Part shown: positions 26,807 to 28,791 of the stretch, piece by piece
How the letters are laid out: each line of letters begins with the position of its first letter
Position numbering within the stretch: position 1 is the first letter of the stretch
Source: Sandaracinaceae bacterium
Lineage (GTDB): Bacteria; Myxococcota_A; Polyangia; Polyangiales; Sandaracinaceae
DNA length: 28,791 bases
Direction of reading: 5' to 3'
Assembly (NCBI GenBank): GCA_044220955.1
Contig: JBGAQA010000087.1
Location: forward strand, 1-28,791
The notes under the pieces: generated by a model
Told to the model about the DNA's origin: nothing
The model's input: only the letters and a program-made list of their open reading frames with translations
Databases searched by the model: none
Position numbers and translations under genes: made by a program

Positions 26807-28791
26807 GCGTCACCGTCACGCTCCGGCCGGCCAGGGGCATCCCGAGCACGTCGACGCCGCGCGCATCGGCCACGTCGCGCAGCACGACCTCGAGCGCGAG
26901 GTGGCGCTCGAGCAGCGTCACCGAGAGGCCTGCGCCGACGCGGAGGCGCCCGCCGATGATGGTCAGGTTCGCCGGATCGGCGAAGCTCGGCGCGACGTAG
27001 TCGAGCTCGCCGTAGATCTCGACGCGGTCGACGAAGCCGAGCGGCCCGTGGCCGCCGCTCAGCCGGGTGTAGAGCGAGAAGGGCGCGCGCAGCGGCAGGG
27101 TGTTGCCCTGCGACGTGCCCGACGAGTCGTCCACCGCGTAGAGCCAGCTGAACGCGGTCGTCCAGCGGGCATACGGTGGCAGCGCCAGCGCGAGACCCGC
27201 CTCGACTCCGGCCAGCGTCGCCGAGGCCACGTTCTGCGGCGCGTACTGGAACTGCTCGGTCCGCACGTAGCGGATGAGGTCCGAGACGCGCGTGCCGAAC
27301 CCGCGCACGTCGAGCGTCCCCTCGAGGGGGCCGAGCGTCCCCGCGAGGACGACACCGCCATCGCCGCCGAGCGAGAGCTCGGGTCGCAGCGTGGTGCTGC
27401 CGGTGAGGTACGCGCGATCGCCGAAGAGCTCGACGAGGCTCGGGGCGCGCTGCGCCGCGAAGCCGGACGCGGCGATGGCGAGCCCCCGCAGCGGCTCGAG
27501 CACGAGCCCGAGGCGCCCCGTCGGCACGACGAGCGTGCTCGCGTGGCCCTCGCCGAGGTGCGACTCGCCGATGTCGGCGAGGTGGGCGTCGAGCACCTCG
27601 AGCCGCCCGCTCGGACGGATCTCGTAGCGCGCGCCGCCGATCGTGCCGAACGCGCGCGCCTCGAGCGTCGCGGTGGCCGAGTCGCGGGACGACGCCGGCA
27701 GGGCGAGCCGCGCGAGCGCGTCGCTCGGTGCGAGCGACTCGTGCCCGTACGCCGCGACGAGCGTCAGATCGAGCCAAGAGAGCGCGCGCAGCGTCCCTGC
27801 GGCGCGCGCCGTGATCCGGTAGAGGACGTCGTCGGCCTCCCGCGGGAGCTGCCCGACCTGGGCCAGCGGGTCGGACACGTGACGCCGCTCGACGCCGAGG
27901 CCCAAAGCGAGCTGCAGGCGCAGCTGGTCCGCGTCCTCGAACAGGAGGGACGCGCCGCCGAGGACGCGCGTGGTCGAGCGATGCGAGAGGACCACGTCGG
28001 CGCTCCGCGTCGGCGGTGGCGAGAAGCCCCCGCTCCGCTCGGTGAAGAGCACGGCGCCCTCGACGCGGGCTCGATCGACGCGGCCGCGAGCGTGCAGGAC
28101 CGCGGCGCCCTCGAGGAAGTCGGCGCCCTGGCGCGGACGGGTCACGTCGTCGCTCGGATCGAGCGCGGTGCGGCCGTCGTCGACGTACGGGAAGCCGCCG
28201 CCGAAGCTCGTCAGCCCTGCGGCGCTCGTGACGTGCAGGCGCTCGTCCCCGGCGGACGCAGCGAGCCGCCCCTGCACCAGGTCGAACGTGCCGTAGCTCA
28301 GCGCGCCCGAGGCGTGGTGGCCCGGCTCGTCACGGGGCACGAGCCGCAGCGCGCCGCCGATCGCGCCGGTCCCGAGCCACGCGGGCGCGCCGCCGCGGTA
28401 GACCTCGACGCGCGAGAGCAGCCAGGTCGGCACGGTGCCCAGGTCGAACGCGCTCCCGTCCGGCGAGGCGATCGGCACGTCGCCGAGAAGCACCGAGGTC
28501 TGCTCGGCGTCGGCGCCGCGCAGCGAGAGGGTGGTGAAGCCGCCGAGCGCGCCCGTGCGCCGGGTCCGGGCGCCGGGCGCCTCGAGCAGCGCCTCGTCGA
28601 GAGTCTCGACCGAGCGCGGCCGTGCGTCCATGGAGAGGACCGTCGCCGAGGCGGTGGGATCGAGCTCGCTGCCAGCCGCGATCGGCGCCTCGGCGACGCC
28701 GGTCGCCGAGTAGACGCTCTCGTCCTCGCCCTCGCCCTCGCCCTCGCCCTCGCCCTCGCCCTCGCACTCGCTCACGCTCTCGCTCACGCGG
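26790..28791 (-). CDS. TonB-dependent outer-membrane receptor (BtuB-like), 5' end outside the window
   Basis: Plug motifs APG...LSLRG...VLLGDVP...RVEVYRGG...GAIGG; barrel motifs RAPSLVELFG, LRPE, NVASATLAGVE, GRSVTVTL. The frame is open to the window edge. Confidence 0.88.
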   Translation of the reverse strand, partial: RVSESVSECEGEGEGEGEGEGEDESVYSATGVAEAPIAAGSELDPTASATVLSMDARPRSVETLDEALLEAPGARTRRTGALGGFTTLSLRGADAEQTSVLLGDVPIASPDGSAFDLGTVPTWLLSRVEVYRGGAPAWLGTGAIGGALRLVPRDEPGHHASGALSYGTFDLVQGRLAASAGDERLHVTSAAGLTSFGGGFPYVDDGRTALDPSDDVTRPRQGADFLEGAAVLHARGRVDRARVEGAVLFTERSGGFSPPPTRSADVVLSHRSTTRVLGGASLLFEDADQLRLQLALGLGVERRHVSDPLAQVGQLPREADDVLYRITARAAGTLRALSWLDLTLVAAYGHESLAPSDALARLALPASSRDSATATLEARAFGTIGGARYEIRPSGRLEVLDAHLADIGESHLGEGHASTLVVPTGRLGLVLEPLRGLAIAASGFAAQRAPSLVELFGDRAYLTGSTTLRPELSLGGDGGVVLAGTLGPLEGTLDVRGFGTRVSDLIRYVRTEQFQYAPQNVASATLAGVEAGLALALPPYARWTTAFSWLYAVDDSSGTSQGNTLPLRAPFSLYTRLSGGHGPLGFVDRVEIYGELDYVAPSFADPANLTIIGGRLRVGAGLSVTLLERHLALEVVLRDVADARGVDVLGMPLAGRSVTVTLTARE
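28725..28765. repeat. Hexanucleotide microsatellite (CTCGCC)6+ encoding (Glu-Gly)6
   Basis: Six perfect CTCGCC copies plus a partial seventh, upstream of the plug domain of the TonB-dependent receptor. Confidence 0.95.

Overview
Very GC-rich, gene-dense chromosomal segment whose gene families (MglA-type GTPase, Ser/Thr kinases, sigma54-activator fusions, Cys-rich vWA and RCC1 lipoproteins) suggest a myxobacterium, probably Polyangiales; the taxonomy is inference. From left to right: the start of the dcw cluster (partial rsmH, mraZ) with a sigma70-like promoter and 10-bp-periodic GTGG MraZ boxes; a small tail-anchored protein; an apparent operon of an MglA-like GTPase, a PocR-type histidine kinase and thiL; a three-gene signalling block (a 1557-aa kinase/P-loop/TPR/GAF/sigma54 activator, a multi-TM sigma54-activator homologue with a degenerate ATPase, and a divergent Ser/Thr kinase with a C-terminal HNOB/DUF2378-like domain); an exported hypothetical protein; radA-comF; vWA, TPR and RCC1 envelope proteins; an atypical SDR plus an acyltransferase with a long repeat-containing N-terminus; a GT-C-like membrane protein; and a partial TonB-dependent receptor. 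I found no rRNA, tRNA, CRISPR or mobile element. The best candidates for undescribed biology are the GTPase-kinase pair lacking MglB and a response regulator, the membrane pseudo-enhancer-binding protein next to an intact kinase-fused activator, and a recurring TAnnnT-N6/7-start pattern suggesting leaderless mRNAs. All calls come from motif reading only; no database searches were run.
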